64,000 nucleotides of DNA. Origin: Selaginella moellendorffii (lineage: Eukaryota > Plantae > Lycopodiophyta). How positions within the stretch are numbered: the stretch's first letter is position 1; the number at the start of each line of letters is the position of its first letter. This document shows, one piece after another, positions 1 through 11,733 of this stretch. The position numbers were made by a program, and so were the translations under genes. The stretch covers positions 1,309,309 through 1,373,308 of the forward strand of contig NW_003314267.1 of the NCBI RefSeq assembly GCF_000143415.4, in the 5' to 3' direction. Below the pieces are notes generated by a model that saw only the letters and a program-made list of their open reading frames with translations, did no database searches and was not told the origin of the DNA.

Positions 1-1564
1 CGGAACTGCGAGTTTGGCCGGATGAGAGCGGCGTCCGAGGGGAGGTAGGCGCGCGTGAGATTTTCTTCTTTCTTGCGGTGTAATTCTGTGAATTGGAAGG
101 AAAGAAGGCCCGGATCAAAGTGGAGAATGCGAATCCAGAGATTACTGCGACAGGGAGGAAGGAATCGAATCTCGGTAGCCTGGCAATGCCGATGAGGAGA
201 GCGAAAGGACACAGTGAACGTAAGCGTTTTCCTTTTATGTAAGGCAGTAACGCGCAGTGTTTTTTTTTTTTCCTCTTATGCTTCTTCCAGCATGTTTGAA
301 GCTCCCAAGCGATGAGGTGATTGAAAAGCTTGAATTCCCATCGAGACTTCCTAGTCCGCTGGGAGATCTTCGCTTTGCCAAGCAGTCGGGAAGTGGTGTG
401 GAAGCAAACACGAACAGATTTGTGGGATCTCAGACCATGGCTGAGAGAAATAGCTCGTTCCAGGTGAGAACGTTAATAGCTATGCTTCTACACTAAATGT
501 TTTTTTCTTTACTTGCTAGATTCGCGAGAATATGGAGGTGCATTGTGGTTTCTACGGTGAAGACCCTGGTTTTGACATTGACGAAGTCGACACAGCTTTT
601 CTAAAAACTTGCAAGGCTGTTGTGACGACTTGCAACTTCGGCGGAGGAGATGATATCTATCAGCCGATTGGCATGTCAGATGCTTCTCTAGCAAAGGTCT
701 GGCTCATCGATTTCTCTCCTGTTAATCTTCGTTTCTCACAAGAACTTTTCAGGTGTGTTATGTTGCGTTTTGGGACGAGGTGACCCTTTCGCAAATGCCA
801 GAGGATAAAAGACCATCTCCCGACACTCGCATGGCTGGTTTGTGGAGAGTAGTCGTCGTTCGAAACCTTCCTTTCAACGACCAGCGTCGAAACGGGAAAA
901 TTCCAAAGGTATTTCGTCCTTATAAAACCTTCTCGCTCATTGCTTTCCGAGTTGGTGCAGTTGCTGGGACACAGACTATTTCCAAACGTAAGATACTCAA
1001 TCTGGGTGGACTCCAAGTACCAGTTCCGTCGTGATCCCATGGCAGTTTTCCATGCCCTGCTGTGGAGTCCCCAGGCAGCGCTGGGTATTTCAGAGCACGG
1101 AGCTCGACGGTGCGTTTATCGTGAAGGCAAAGCCGTGGTGGCCAAGAACAAAGCTTTGCCAGCCGAGGTGGACTTGCAACTCAGCCAGTACCAGGCGGAA
1201 GGATTTCCAGAAAACGCAACTTTCAATGGGCACAAAGGTACTGAACTATTCTTCAATGATTTTTTCGTATCTAAAAACATGTCTCATGTTTTGTTTTGTT
1301 TTTTTTGTTTTTTGTTTTCCAGCATTGGCTGAAGCATCAGTGATTGTAAGAGAACACACTCCAGTGACCAACCTGTTTATGTGCCTGTGGTTTAACGAGG
1401 TGGTCCGCTACACTGCGAGGGACCAGCTGAGCTTTCCTTACGTTCTCCGACGCTTTGGGCTGCTCCAGCTCAACATGTTCCCCGTTTGCACACGCAAAGC
1501 GCTTGTGAATAGCATCGGCCACAGACAAAAGGCAAAACCACTCGAGAGAATTCCCACCGAGTAG
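1..1564 (+). CDS. DUF616 (TOD1/MUCI70-like) glycosyltransferase-family protein, multi-exon, probably 5'-partial
   Basis: Spliced motifs TNRFVGSQT, MEVHCGF, FGGGDDIYQP, WRVVVVRNLPFNDQRRNGKIPK, HRLFPNVRYSIWVDSK and FMCLWFNEVVRYTARDQLSFPYV; short GT-AG introns; stop at 1562-1564. Confidence 0.9.
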
Positions 1565-1865
1565 GCAATCAGGTTAGTGCCTTCCACGTTTTAATATTTC
1601 TCCACCTTTCTCTTTTGTTTCTTCTGATATTATTTGGATTCCCTCTTCTGACTTAGATCTTGTTGCAGTCACATTTTTTTCTCGGTTCCGAAAGACGACG
1701 CCGTCTAGCAGCTGGATTTTGCGCGTACGACCCGAACGACCGCATTCACGGCACCTTGACACGGTCCTCGAGCTCAACTCAACTTCCGGGTATAAAAACC
1801 GAAGCAGGCTTTTCCCGGAGATCATCGCCACCACCACCACCACCGTCAACTTTAGCTCGATCGCC

Positions 1866-2276
1866 ATGGGTGTTCCCGAGGATCAACGAAAAGCCGCCGA
1901 AGTTTACACTGGCCAGGCCGTCTTCTCCAAGAAGTCCATGGAGCTCATGGACGAGTTTGGACTTCCATCCGGACTGCTGCCTCTCACAGGCGTGGAAGAA
2001 TGCGGGATCGTGAGAGCGACGGGCTTCATCTGGATCGTCCTCAAGAAGGAGATGGAACACTACTTCAAGCTGGCGGGGCGCAAAGTCTCGTTTGGGACGG
2101 AGATCACGGCCGTGGCTGCCAGCGGCCAGCTCAAGAACATAACCGGGATCAAGGCCCGCGAGATGATGCTGTGGGTGGAGGTGAAAGCCATGGAAGTCGA
2201 GCAGCGCAAGATCCGGTTTAGAGCTCTCGCTGGGATCACTCGCTCGTTCCCGGTGGATTGCTTCGCTGCGGTATGA
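1866..2276 (+). CDS. DUF538 family protein, copy 1
   Basis: Intronless; ELMDEFGLPSGLLPL, EECGIVRATGFIWI and GIKAREMMLWV; TATAAAA at about 1791. Confidence 0.9.
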   Translation: MGVPEDQRKAAEVYTGQAVFSKKSMELMDEFGLPSGLLPLTGVEECGIVRATGFIWIVLKKEMEHYFKLAGRKVSFGTEITAVAASGQLKNITGIKAREMMLWVEVKAMEVEQRKIRFRALAGITRSFPVDCFAAV

Positions 2277-2714
2277 AGGAGAGATCGATTTGTTCTATAA
2301 ATTCCACTCTTTGGATCAAAGTTAAACGATTAGTTCTATATCTTTGAGTCGGAATTATAGACGATTGTAGTTAGATTTTCTTAGTTCTTTGTAAGATGTT
2401 TCAATTTTTCGGTTCGATATCTCTCGCTCTCAAACTTAAAAAGACCGCGTCAACTTTTTCCACGAGAAATACATTATTTGTTTTGTTTCTCGTTATACGG
2501 GCTGCGTGGTTCGCCACCTAACGAGAGTAAATTCTGCTGACACGCGCGCCCGTACGCTCCACCACTTGTGGACCCCTGGCCCATCCCGCCTCTGTATAAA
2601 ACGTACAATCCCTACCTCCTCTTCCCTGTGTATCTTGTCTATAGCCATAGCTAGAGCTCCGTGAGAGAAGAGCACTCCAGAAGAGGGAAAGAGAGCTCTC
2701 GAGCTTCCACAGCC

Positions 2715-3137
2715 ATGGTGGTCACCGAGGAGCAGAAGAAGGGCGGCGAGATGTACCAGGGGCACGAAGTTTGCCTGCCCAAGGCGGTGGAATTGCTCCA
2801 GCAGTTTGGATTGCCTGGAGGGCTCTTGCCCCTTGAGGATGTCGAGGAATGCGGCGTGGTGCACGACACCGGCTTCGTCTGGATCCTCTCCAAGAAGAAA
2901 GTGGACCACTACTTCAAGCTCGCCAAGCGCAAGGTGTGCTACGGCACCGAGATCACGGCTCACATCGTCAAGAACAAGCTGGAGCAGCTGCGCGGTGTCA
3001 AGGCCAGAGAGCTGCTGCTGTGGGTGGACGTGAACGAGATCGAGGTGGACCAGCGCGACTCGGGTAAGATCCACTTCCGCGGCCTGGCCGGGATCACGCG
3101 GACTTTCCCGGTGGAGTGCTTCGCTCCAGGCGAGTGA
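2715..3137 (+). CDS. DUF538 family protein, copy 2 (tandem paralogue)
   Basis: ELLQQFGLPGGLLPL, EECGVVHDTGFVWI and GVKARELLLWV; TATAAAA at about 2595. Confidence 0.9.
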   Translation: MVVTEEQKKGGEMYQGHEVCLPKAVELLQQFGLPGGLLPLEDVEECGVVHDTGFVWILSKKKVDHYFKLAKRKVCYGTEITAHIVKNKLEQLRGVKARELLLWVDVNEIEVDQRDSGKIHFRGLAGITRTFPVECFAPGE

Positions 3138-3454
3138 TGGAAGGAGCTCTCTTTTAAACCGGGAAGAGGGGGGGATCTGGAAAGTTGAGCTATCGGTTAG
3201 TTCCATCTTTGAGTTCCTAGAGTAGTAAAACTTCCCTGGTGTTGTTAGTTTGCAAAGAAAGCACAAACTTTAAATCGAACAATTGTTCTAGCAAGTGTTC
3301 TCGCCGTTGTTTCTGCCTTCTCACGGCTATCTACAAGGTTCTGTTTGTTATTTGGGTGATTGATCCTGGAAGTTAACGCATCAGTGCCGAGAAGGAAAAA
3401 AATGAAAACAAAACCATACCAGTGTTTACAAACTCGAGGAGAGTGAAAGCTTTG

Positions 3455-4290
3455 TCAGCTCGGTGGTGAGTGGTGAAACTTTGCTTTGTCGAAGAGCAGA
3501 CGAATGGGAGATTTCGGTGTCTTTGGAGGCGTCGTCCTCGGCGAGGTCTTGTTCTTCGCAGACTGCTTCGTAGCCTGGAACAAAAAATGATAAGAATGAA
3601 GAACAGAGGAAAAATGGTCAGAGCAAGTTACAGAAGTGATGAGTTTGTCGAACGCGTTTGGCCCATACTCCGAGATGTACTGAGCTACGGCTACTCGGGC
3701 GTCGGAGCTCATCATGCGAAGCAACTTCTTTTGCTTCTCGTTGTAGTCATACGTGTGTTCGTCGTCCAGGTGATCCTTTTGGGTTTGTATGTTGTATAGT
3801 CCTCTTCTAACGTAGTTCCTGTAGAGGAAGCAAGCACCGCGGAACTGTGGAAGTATGAGCCAGAAGATCAAAAGTATTTTGACCATCGGCCAGATTGGAA
3901 TCCTGGAACGCAAAAGTAAAGAGATCATATAAGAAAGCCCCACAAGAAATAGAGAAAAAGAAAGAACGAACTTACATTTCTAGGACTCTGTCTGCTGCTA
4001 GCTCGAAGAGTGCTATGAAGGAATATATCACCCAGTAAGTAAGCCATTGCTCATCGTCTTCCTTGAAAGGGCTCTCAATCGCCCTGATTGATTGATACCT
4101 GGAAGAAGGAGAATGATGTTTTGGACATAGAACATTATAGAAGGAAAAGAGGAGAACTTACAATGGATAGCCGAGCATCACAGCCGGTCTGGAATCGCGC
4201 AAAATCAGCGAAAATGCTCGATAGACACGATTGAGAAGCTTACCCGAGATAAGGCAGCAAGGACTTGAGCAGCGTCAGGGTCACGCCCAT
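3455..4290 (-). CDS. HVA22-like (TB2/DP1) protein, multi-exon
   Basis: Exons give PAVMLGYPL, YQSIRAIESPFKEDDEQWLTYWVIYS and IPIWPMVKILLIFWLILPQFRGA; ATG at 4288-4290. Confidence 0.9.
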
Positions 4291-4626
4291 CCTGGAGAAA
4301 ATCTGTGAGGAATCGCTCTGACGAGCACTCGCGGCTCCAAAATCCACGAATTCATACCTCGAAACCCCTGGAAATCGACGAGCTCCTTCGCATCAACGTC
4401 GCTGTCTCGTCTAGGGCAGCATTTGTTTTTATGCGAGCTATGCTTGTGCTTGCAGGATAGCATATTCCAGGACTGCAAGAAAAGCTATCCAACGGTATTG
4501 GAGCTGATAGAAAACTTCAACGGGCAGATCCCTGCCACGTCACCCACCCAAGAGCCCTAAGGTTTTAGGGTTCTTCATCCACTCGAATTTTCGTTTTGAT
4601 TTATTTGTGGCGATGCGGTGCTGGCG

Positions 4627-7220
4627 ATGAATCTCTCGGGGATCTCGTTCGTCTACTTGCGATTCTCGCCGCTGGTCTCATCGCTACAGCCACTCCATGG
4701 CGCCTTAGGTAGTTTGCTTTCGATTCATTCTAAATTCTTGAAGGAGAGCTTGGCTTGCAGGGCGTCGGTAGCCTTAGCCGCGAGTAGCTATTACAGTAAA
4801 GAGATCGGCGTAGTCTTAGATCCCTGGCATTGCTACAGGAGGCCCGTAAGTGGCGATTCACAGGAAGCTGGAGAGATCAAAGTCTCGCCAAGTAAGAAAT
4901 CGAGGGGCGAGAAGTCTATAGCTGTTACAAGCGACACTCACATTGCTAAATCCAGCTCAAAGAAGGCTGGGATCAAGAAGGAAACTAAGGAGCTTTCATC
5001 TTCTTCATCCTCAGCCAAGTGTAAGAAGAAGAAAATCGAGATCGAGGCAGCCGAAGTGAAGTCCGAAACGATCAATCCTCTGGAAGGTAAGCTGCAAACT
5101 CTGGTCGTGCCTGAAAGCGTCCTTTGGCTGAAGCCGCTGCCTGTGAAGATCGAGATCCAGAAGGCAAAAGTTGGCCGAAGGAAAGAGAAGAATTCGTGAA
5201 GTCATGCCGATAGCCAGTGAGGTTTTGGAGGGTGACCTGCCGCTGAGGGTCAATTATCTTCAGCTGGAAACCAAGAAGAGAGCTGCGACAGACAACACGA
5301 ATCACGAGAGCAAGCGATGCGTCCAAAAGAAGAAGAAGTTTACGCCCGACTCGGAGCTGAGGTTCAAGCTGGAGAGCTGCTCGAAAGTGGGGGACGTGAC
5401 TGGAGCTTTAGACATTTACGACTCCAGCAAGGATCAAGGTGTGAAGCTGAGCCAGTATCACTACAACGTTCTCTTGTACCTGTGCTCGTCGGCTGCATTG
5501 GGAGTGATCGTTCCGGGGAAAGGCAGCAGGCATCAGAAAAGTTCTTCGGAGGTGGCAGCCACCGTAGAAGACGAGGGGATTTTGTTCCGGGGAAACATGA
5601 CCGCTTTGGTGCCACGAAACACCACGGGCTTGTCGCAAGAAGTGATGAAGCTGGCACTGGATAGGGGCCTGGAGATTTACGAGCGGATGAAACTCGAAGG
5701 TATCTCGGCGAACGAGGCGGCCTTCACGTCCATTGCAAGGCTCGCTGTTGCTAAACGGGATGGCGACTTGGCCTTTTCGCTTGTGAAAGAGATGACAACG
5801 TCCGGGATCACTCCCAAGCTGAGGTCTTACGGTCCAGCGCTCTACACTTACTTCAAGTCCAACCGGGTTGACAAGGCGTTTGAGGTTGACGATCATATGC
5901 GCTCCTTCGGTGTCCAGCCAGAGGAGATGGAGCTCCAAATTTTACTAGAGCTGAGCTTGAAGGCGGGACAGGAGCAAAGAGTGTACTCGGTGCTACACAG
6001 GTTGAGGCGCTCAGTGCGAGAAGTTTCTCCATCCACGGCTACTACTATTGAGAGATGGTTTTCAAGCGACGCTGCTTCGTCCAGTGGGAGTGACAAGAAG
6101 TATGACGACGAGGACGTTAGAAGAGCTCTGGCAGCACAAGGTGGTGGTGGTCTCGAACTCGGCTGGATCGGCTCCGGGAGATGGAGTGTAAAGCGCACAG
6201 CTTTGGACGCGAGCGGAGTATGCGAAAGCTGCAGGCACAAGATGGCCGCTGTCGATCTTAACGCAGAAGAAACGAACAGGTTTGCGGAGAATCTGGCTGC
6301 TCTGGCTTGTGAGAAAGAACGCGACGCAAATTCTTTCAAGGAGTTCCAGGTAAAAAGACTTTCTTCTTGTTAGCCATTAACTTGTAGCATAACGCAGGAG
6401 TGGATGGCCGAGCATGGACCATTTGATGCCATAGTGGATGGCGCAAACGTTGCCTTGTTCAATCAGAACTTCAGTGCTGGAGGATTCAGTTTCTCACAGG
6501 TAACTGTGTTAGATGTTCTTCCGCTGATCTCCTCCCTACTTTGTTTTGTTCTCGCAGTTGAATTCCGTCGTGACCGAGCTATCAAATCAGCATGGGAAGT
6601 CACCCTTGGTGATCTTGCATAAAAGGCGCGTCACTGGAGGGCCAGCAGCTTCTCCCCAATCTCAGGAACTATTGAAGCAGTGGACTGCAGCGAATGCTCT
6701 GTATACCGCTGCGACGGGATCAAACGACGACTGGTTAGTCTTTTTTTCTGGAGAAAACTAGAGAAGAGATCGTCTTGCCTTACACTCTTATCACTCTCCA
6801 GGTATTGGCTTTACGCCGCCGTGACGTGCAAGTGTTTGCTGGTTAGCAACGACGAGATGAGAGACCATCTCTTTCAGATGCTTGGGAACGATCTATTTCC
6901 TCGGTGGAAGGAGCGACATCAGGTAAAACTCCGAGCTTTAAGTTAGTAGAAGTTCATGTTTCTCGCAGGCTCGCTTTGGGTTCTCGAATAGCAACCCGTT
7001 TTTCGACATGCCGCCCCCATATTCTACGGTGATCCAGGTTGTTCTCTCGGATTTTTCTCTCTTTTTCTACGCGCTCACTGAGTTCTTGCTCCAGGAATGC
7101 GAGAATGGTTCTTGGCATTTCCCGATTAGCAGAGGCAACGATGAAGATGATGAAGCCGAGGAGCCGCACAAGCAGCCGCGATCTTGGCTTTGCATCAGAC
7201 GCGACGAGGAAACAAAGTAA
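4627..7220 (+). CDS. PRORP: Proteinaceous RNase P (PPR + NYN nuclease); the N-terminal part is in a different frame (break at about 5165-5170)
   Basis: P-type PPRs (YHYNVLLYLCS, PKLRSYGPAL), zinc CxxC (GVCESC) and NYN motifs FDAIVDGANV, GSNDDWYWLYAA and LVSNDEMRDHLFQ. Confidence 0.92.
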
Positions 7221-7284
7221 TTGAATGAGACGAAGGAAAAAAATGTGTTAAAAAGAAGAGGTTTTTTAGGGCTCTTCCCTGTCA

Positions 7285-9486
7285 ATGGTGAAAATCGCCA
7301 GGAGCTCAATCGAACAGAGCTTGAGGGCGTGCGTAGATCTGATCGAAGGGCAACGCCTCCATGGCCGGGTCCGCTCCGATTTCCGCGACGACACCTTCCT
7401 CGCCAATCTGCTCGTCCAAATGTATGGGCGATGCGGTAGCGTCAAAGACGCGCGCGCGGCATTCAAGCAGATCGAGCACCGCGACCAATTCTCGTGGAAT
7501 CTCATGCTTGGCGCTTACGTCCAGAACGGCTGCGTCGCCGACGCCAAGAAGATGTTCGATCGGATGAAGCGGCGAGACATCGTCTCGTGGACGACGGTCA
7601 TGGCGGCATTTGCCCAATGCGGGCAATTGCAAGAGGCCGAGCGAATGCTCCACCGGATGCCAAACCTTAGCGCCGTGTCGTGGAATTCGATCATCGCTGG
7701 CTACGCGCAAGCTGGAAACGCGCGATCAGCGAAGGCGTTGTTCGATCAAATGCCCGTGGTGGATGAGATCTCTTGGGCAACGCTCATCGCGGCAAATGCC
7801 CAAAGGGGGCATTCTTCCCAGGCCAAGGAAGTCTTTGATGAGATGCCCTCTCGCAATGTATTTGCCTGGACGGCGCTCATCCAAGCGCTCGCGGAGGACG
7901 GCTATGGCGGCGACGCGATGCGCGCGTTCGAGGCGATGCCGGGCAGGAACTCCGTGGCGTGCAATGCGATGATGCGCGCGCTGGCCGAGGCCGGCGATCC
8001 GGACGGAGCCAAGAGGGTCTTTGATGACAACCTGGATCGCAGCGTGGTGTCGTGGACGTCGCTCTTCCAGGGATTGCTCTCCGGGCAGCGGCCGCTCGAG
8101 GAGGCCGAGGAGATCTTCGGCCGCTGCCCCGCCAGGGACGCCGTGCTCTGGAATTCGATGCTCGCGGCCCACGCCGCCAGGCCGCAATCGATCGCTGCGG
8201 CAAAAGCCCTCTTTCGCCGGATGCCTGGGAAGAACGTCGTGTCCTGGACGACGATGATCTCCGCCTACGTCGCTGCTGGAGACCTCCGCCGCGCCGATCG
8301 CGTCTTCTCGCGGATGCCCTGGCACGACGCCGTGGTCTGGAACGCGATGATCGCCGGTTATGCGAGCAAGGCCAAGGTGGATCGCGCCGAGGAGCTCTTC
8401 GCTCGAATGCCCGGGTGGAATCCCACGTCGTGGTATCTCATGATCGCGGCGTATGCGCACAATGGCCACTGCTCCAGCGCGATCGAGCTCTTCCGGCTCA
8501 TGAATCTGGTTGGGACGAACGCCGCCAGCGAGTTCTTGTTCGTGAGCTTGCTGGGGGCTTGCAGCCACAAGGGGACGATCGAGGAGGGGTGGGGGATCTT
8601 CCGGGAGATGGTGGGCGATTTTGGAGTGGTGGCGATCAAGGAGCACTACTGCGCGATGATCGATGTGCTGGGGCGGGCGGGGAAGCTGCGCGAGGCGGAG
8701 GAGCTGGCGGAGACGATGCCTTTCCTGGCGGACGAGGCGGCGTGGGGGAGCTTGCTCGCGGCGTGTAAGGCGGTGGAGAGCGAGTATGGCGTGGAGGTGG
8801 CGAGGAGAGCTGCCGCCAAGGTTATGGAGCTCAGCACCGAGAAGGCGTCGCCATATCTCGCGCTGGCGAGTGTCTACGTTGGGATCGACAAGGGGGGTGG
8901 CAAAGCTGTGGAGAGTTCTTCGATGGATTCTTCTTCCAAGGCTGTGGTAGCAGGGGAGAGTTCTTCCGGATCGATTGAGGAGGATTTGATGGAGAGCTCT
9001 TTGATGGATTCTTCTTCTAAGGGAGTGGTAGCATGGGAGAGTTCTTCCAGATCGATTGAGGAGGCTTTGATGGCGAATGGAGAAGATGGTGGATTGAAAG
9101 CAAGCAGTGATGGGGAGGACGATGGAGAAGATGGCGACAAGAGGGATGACAATTCTGTAGAGAGTTCTTCGATAGCAGGGGAAAGTTCTTCCAGATCGAT
9201 TGATTTGATGGCGAAGTCCTCTAGTGGAGAAGGAGAAGACGATGGTGGATTGAGAGCAAGCAGTGATGGGGGGGAGGACGGAGAAGATGGAGCTCCTGCA
9301 ACGCTTGGAGGAGATGATTGTGGATCGTCGTCTCGAGCAGTAGCGAGTGAGGAAAGTTTTGTAGGCAAGGATGGATCTAACGCATCTTCGCAAACTTCTT
9401 CTTCTAGACGACGAGAAACTATTGCTATTGTCGAAGATGGTGGAAAAGCTAGAACTCGAGGCAGGAAAAGGAGAAAAACGTTGTAA
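7285..9486 (+). CDS. PLS-class PPR protein (mostly 31-aa SS-type motifs, E-like end) with an acidic Ser-rich C-terminal extension
   Basis: Repeated VSWxxxIxAYAQxG/A..LFDxMP motifs; SLLGACSHKG, HYCAMIDVLGRAG and WGSLLAAC; no DYW domain. Confidence 0.92.
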   Translation: MVKIARSSIEQSLRACVDLIEGQRLHGRVRSDFRDDTFLANLLVQMYGRCGSVKDARAAFKQIEHRDQFSWNLMLGAYVQNGCVADAKKMFDRMKRRDIVSWTTVMAAFAQCGQLQEAERMLHRMPNLSAVSWNSIIAGYAQAGNARSAKALFDQMPVVDEISWATLIAANAQRGHSSQAKEVFDEMPSRNVFAWTALIQALAEDGYGGDAMRAFEAMPGRNSVACNAMMRALAEAGDPDGAKRVFDDNLDRSVVSWTSLFQGLLSGQRPLEEAEEIFGRCPARDAVLWNSMLAAHAARPQSIAAAKALFRRMPGKNVVSWTTMISAYVAAGDLRRADRVFSRMPWHDAVVWNAMIAGYASKAKVDRAEELFARMPGWNPTSWYLMIAAYAHNGHCSSAIELFRLMNLVGTNAASEFLFVSLLGACSHKGTIEEGWGIFREMVGDFGVVAIKEHYCAMIDVLGRAGKLREAEELAETMPFLADEAAWGSLLAACKAVESEYGVEVARRAAAKVMELSTEKASPYLALASVYVGIDKGGGKAVESSSMDSSSKAVVAGESSSGSIEEDLMESSLMDSSSKGVVAWESSSRSIEEALMANGEDGGLKASSDGEDDGEDGDKRDDNSVESSSIAGESSSRSIDLMAKSSSGEGEDDGGLRASSDGGEDGEDGAPATLGGDDCGSSSRAVASEESFVGKDGSNASSQTSSSRRRETIAIVEDGGKARTRGRKRRKTL
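8905..9295 (+). repeat. Internal tandem repeats in the PPR tail
   Basis: gagagttcttc..gatggattcttctt units (ESSSMDSSSKAVVAGESSS) two to three times, and GEDGGLKASSDGEDDGEDG-like units twice. Confidence 0.8.
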
Positions 9487-9673
9487 CAGCGCATTTTTTT
9501 GTTCCTAGCTCTCTTTCGCGGGTCTTTTGAAGATAACATGTCAGCCCTATCTTTATTATCTTACAATTAATCATAATTATTTGATTAGTAACATGATTAA
9601 CCTAAACTGCCAAAACGATTGTCATGTGAACCAAGAGTTTTGATATTATAGAGCAAAGAAGGCTGCCAGGGGA

Positions 9674-10780
9674 CTAAACAAGCTGGACGTTGACAAGATC
9701 AATATATTTTTCTTGATCTTCCTCGTCCAAGAGCTTCTTCCACTCCCCGTCACTCCATTCCATGAGTTTATACCACTTTGTTGGCTTGAGCAACGCTATA
9801 TAAACCTTGTCATTCCTAGCCTTGATGCTAAACTTCACCGTAGTTGGATCAAAAACTTCTGGATCATCGATTCCCCTCAAGCATGCAACCTCCTTGAAAT
9901 TACCCTCCACTACTTTCAAAAGCCTGAGGAGCCCGTGCGTGGGATCATATCGAGCAACTAAGAAACCATCCTGCCACTTCTCAAGCCTGATGTCTATGGG
10001 TCTACACTCCCCAGTGACAGCACGGCCAAGCTTTACAATGATCTTGTAATTTTCATCTTCTTGCTCGTCGTACTTGACCACCCGATTAGCTTTCAACCCA
10101 TACCATTCACCCGCATGCGTAATCAGGCTGTTCACATAATACTCTACCGTGCCATCAATTTCCTCCCATCCATTCCTGCTTGAGTTGAAGACCGACAAAA
10201 AGTGCCATGGTGAAAATCCAATAAAAGAGATCATAGGTACAAGAAGCTGGTATCGTCGTGTGTCACTCTTGTCGAGCACTATGGCCATTCCACCCTGGGC
10301 AACAGTTCCGTAGGATTCAAAACTAGGCAAAACCTTCACCTGTCTGCTGAAAAGATCGCACACAAATACTGTCCATACTGCACTGAACTGCTGCCAACTT
10401 GCAAATAAGAAGCAGGCAAGGTTACTCTCGTGATCGTAGGCCATACAACTTTCATAGGTGAGAGGACCAAAACCTTGCTTGACATTTTGCCTGGACACAA
10501 AGTCCATCAAAAAGTCCAACGGCATCCTCTTGAATGATAATTCCCCATCACGACTTCTTGGAAGAACAAGGGAAAGCTGGATCAAATTCTTAACCTCGAG
10601 CTCCTCCTGACTAAAAGTTGCACTTGACTGGACTTGCCAACAACAGGAGCTTAGAACTCTACGCACAGACGCTGCCCACTCCTTAGAAACCAATCTCACA
10701 CTTCCCAAATCCTCTATCGGAAGCATCTCTAAAATATCCCTGAGGAATAGCCTAAAAACTTCTTCCCACATCGCTTCCAT
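9674..10780 (-). CDS. F-box protein, intronless, with a divergent propeller-like C-terminus
   Basis: N-terminal DILEMLPIEDLGSVRLVSKEWAASV F-box motif, followed by VFVCDLFSRQVKVLP. Confidence 0.8.
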   Translation of the reverse strand: MEAMWEEVFRLFLRDILEMLPIEDLGSVRLVSKEWAASVRRVLSSCCWQVQSSATFSQEELEVKNLIQLSLVLPRSRDGELSFKRMPLDFLMDFVSRQNVKQGFGPLTYESCMAYDHESNLACFLFASWQQFSAVWTVFVCDLFSRQVKVLPSFESYGTVAQGGMAIVLDKSDTRRYQLLVPMISFIGFSPWHFLSVFNSSRNGWEEIDGTVEYYVNSLITHAGEWYGLKANRVVKYDEQEDENYKIIVKLGRAVTGECRPIDIRLEKWQDGFLVARYDPTHGLLRLLKVVEGNFKEVACLRGIDDPEVFDPTTVKFSIKARNDKVYIALLKPTKWYKLMEWSDGEWKKLLDEEDQEKYIDLVNVQLV

Positions 10781-10838
10781 CGTTCTCTACCTAGGCCTCA
10801 GGGCAAATTAACTTATAATAATAGACGCGTAAGAACGT

Positions 10839-10960
10839 ATGGATCTAACGCATCTTTGCAAAGTTCTTCTAGGCGACGAGAAATTGTCGAAGATGGTGGA
10901 AAAACTAGAACTCGAGGCACAGAGAAAAACGTTGTAACAGAGCATTTTCTTTTGTTCTTG
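10839..10960 (+). repeat. Direct copy of the PPR 3' end (about 9370-9510)
   Basis: atggatctaacgcatct...gacgagaaa...attgtcgaagatggtggaaaa.ctagaactcgaggca...agaaaaacgttgtaacag occurs at both sites. Confidence 0.9.
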
Positions 10961-10993
10961 GCAAGATCTCGTGAAGTTGAAAGTAGGGTTCTT

Positions 10994-11456
10994 TCAGCGC
11001 ATTGTTTGCGTGGATGGCCTGTCCGTAGGCATCCACCAGGTTGGATCGTTTGGAATTTTCTCCTTGTTGGGGGGAATCACTTGCCCTTTGTATGTGGAGG
11101 CAACGTAGCCCTCTGGAACCCAAAATCCCGTCTTTGGGTCCCTGATCCACCAGCTCTCTTTGGCGTGTGGGATTTTCTTCTTCTTCATCTCTTCCTCATT
11201 GGGTCCAATAATCGTGCGTTTCTCCTGTGGATTTCTAGCCGATTTTTTCTTTCCCTTGCTCGATGGCGGGGATCTCGATCGAGACTTGCCTTTCTTTCCG
11301 CCGCTCTTGGTGGCTAAATCCCTGCCGCTCCTGCTGGTTGGATCGCAAATTCGGAGAGCCTTTCGTTCGTCATCTCGCGTGAATGGAATTTCTCGCTCTA
11401 TATGCTACTGACCTCGAATAACAGCAATCGTCCCATCTCGCGCAGCTCGGGCCCAT
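10994..11456 (-). CDS. Small basic protein with a LEA_3-like W motif, two exons
   Basis: WWIRDPKTGFWVPE resembles the LEA3 WxxDPxTGxW/YxP motif; the frame stays open upstream to an acceptor at about 11331; exon 1 MGPSCARWDDCCYSR splices in frame. Confidence 0.6.
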
Positions 11457-11659
11457 GAAATCCCATGGCGAGAAGCGTTGCAACACATTCCTGCGAAGGG
11501 ATCGCTCGAAATTTCTGGCCACAGCCCCGGATTGCCCTGCCATCGATCACCACGGCCCCAAAACAATTCGAATGGGGTTCGCGCCAAAGGGTATAACACG
11601 TCAGCCCTATCTCTAAAATGTGATAATTATTACCATAATATTTTATTTAAGTTTTATTA

Positions 11660-11733
11660 GCTGGAATAGCTCAGATGGTCAGAGCGTGTGGCTGTTAACC
11701 ACAAGGTCGGAGGTTCGATCCCTCTTTCCAGCG
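11660..11733 (+). tRNA. tRNA-Asn(GTT), copy 1
   Basis: GCTGGAA...TTCCAGC acceptor stem, TAGCTCAGATGG A box, TGTGG-CTGTTAA-CCACA anticodon arm and GGTTCGATCC B box. Confidence 0.95.

Noticed and set aside
7726-9393. 555-aa minus-strand ORF
   Set aside because: Antisense shadow of the GC-rich PPR gene with no domain signal
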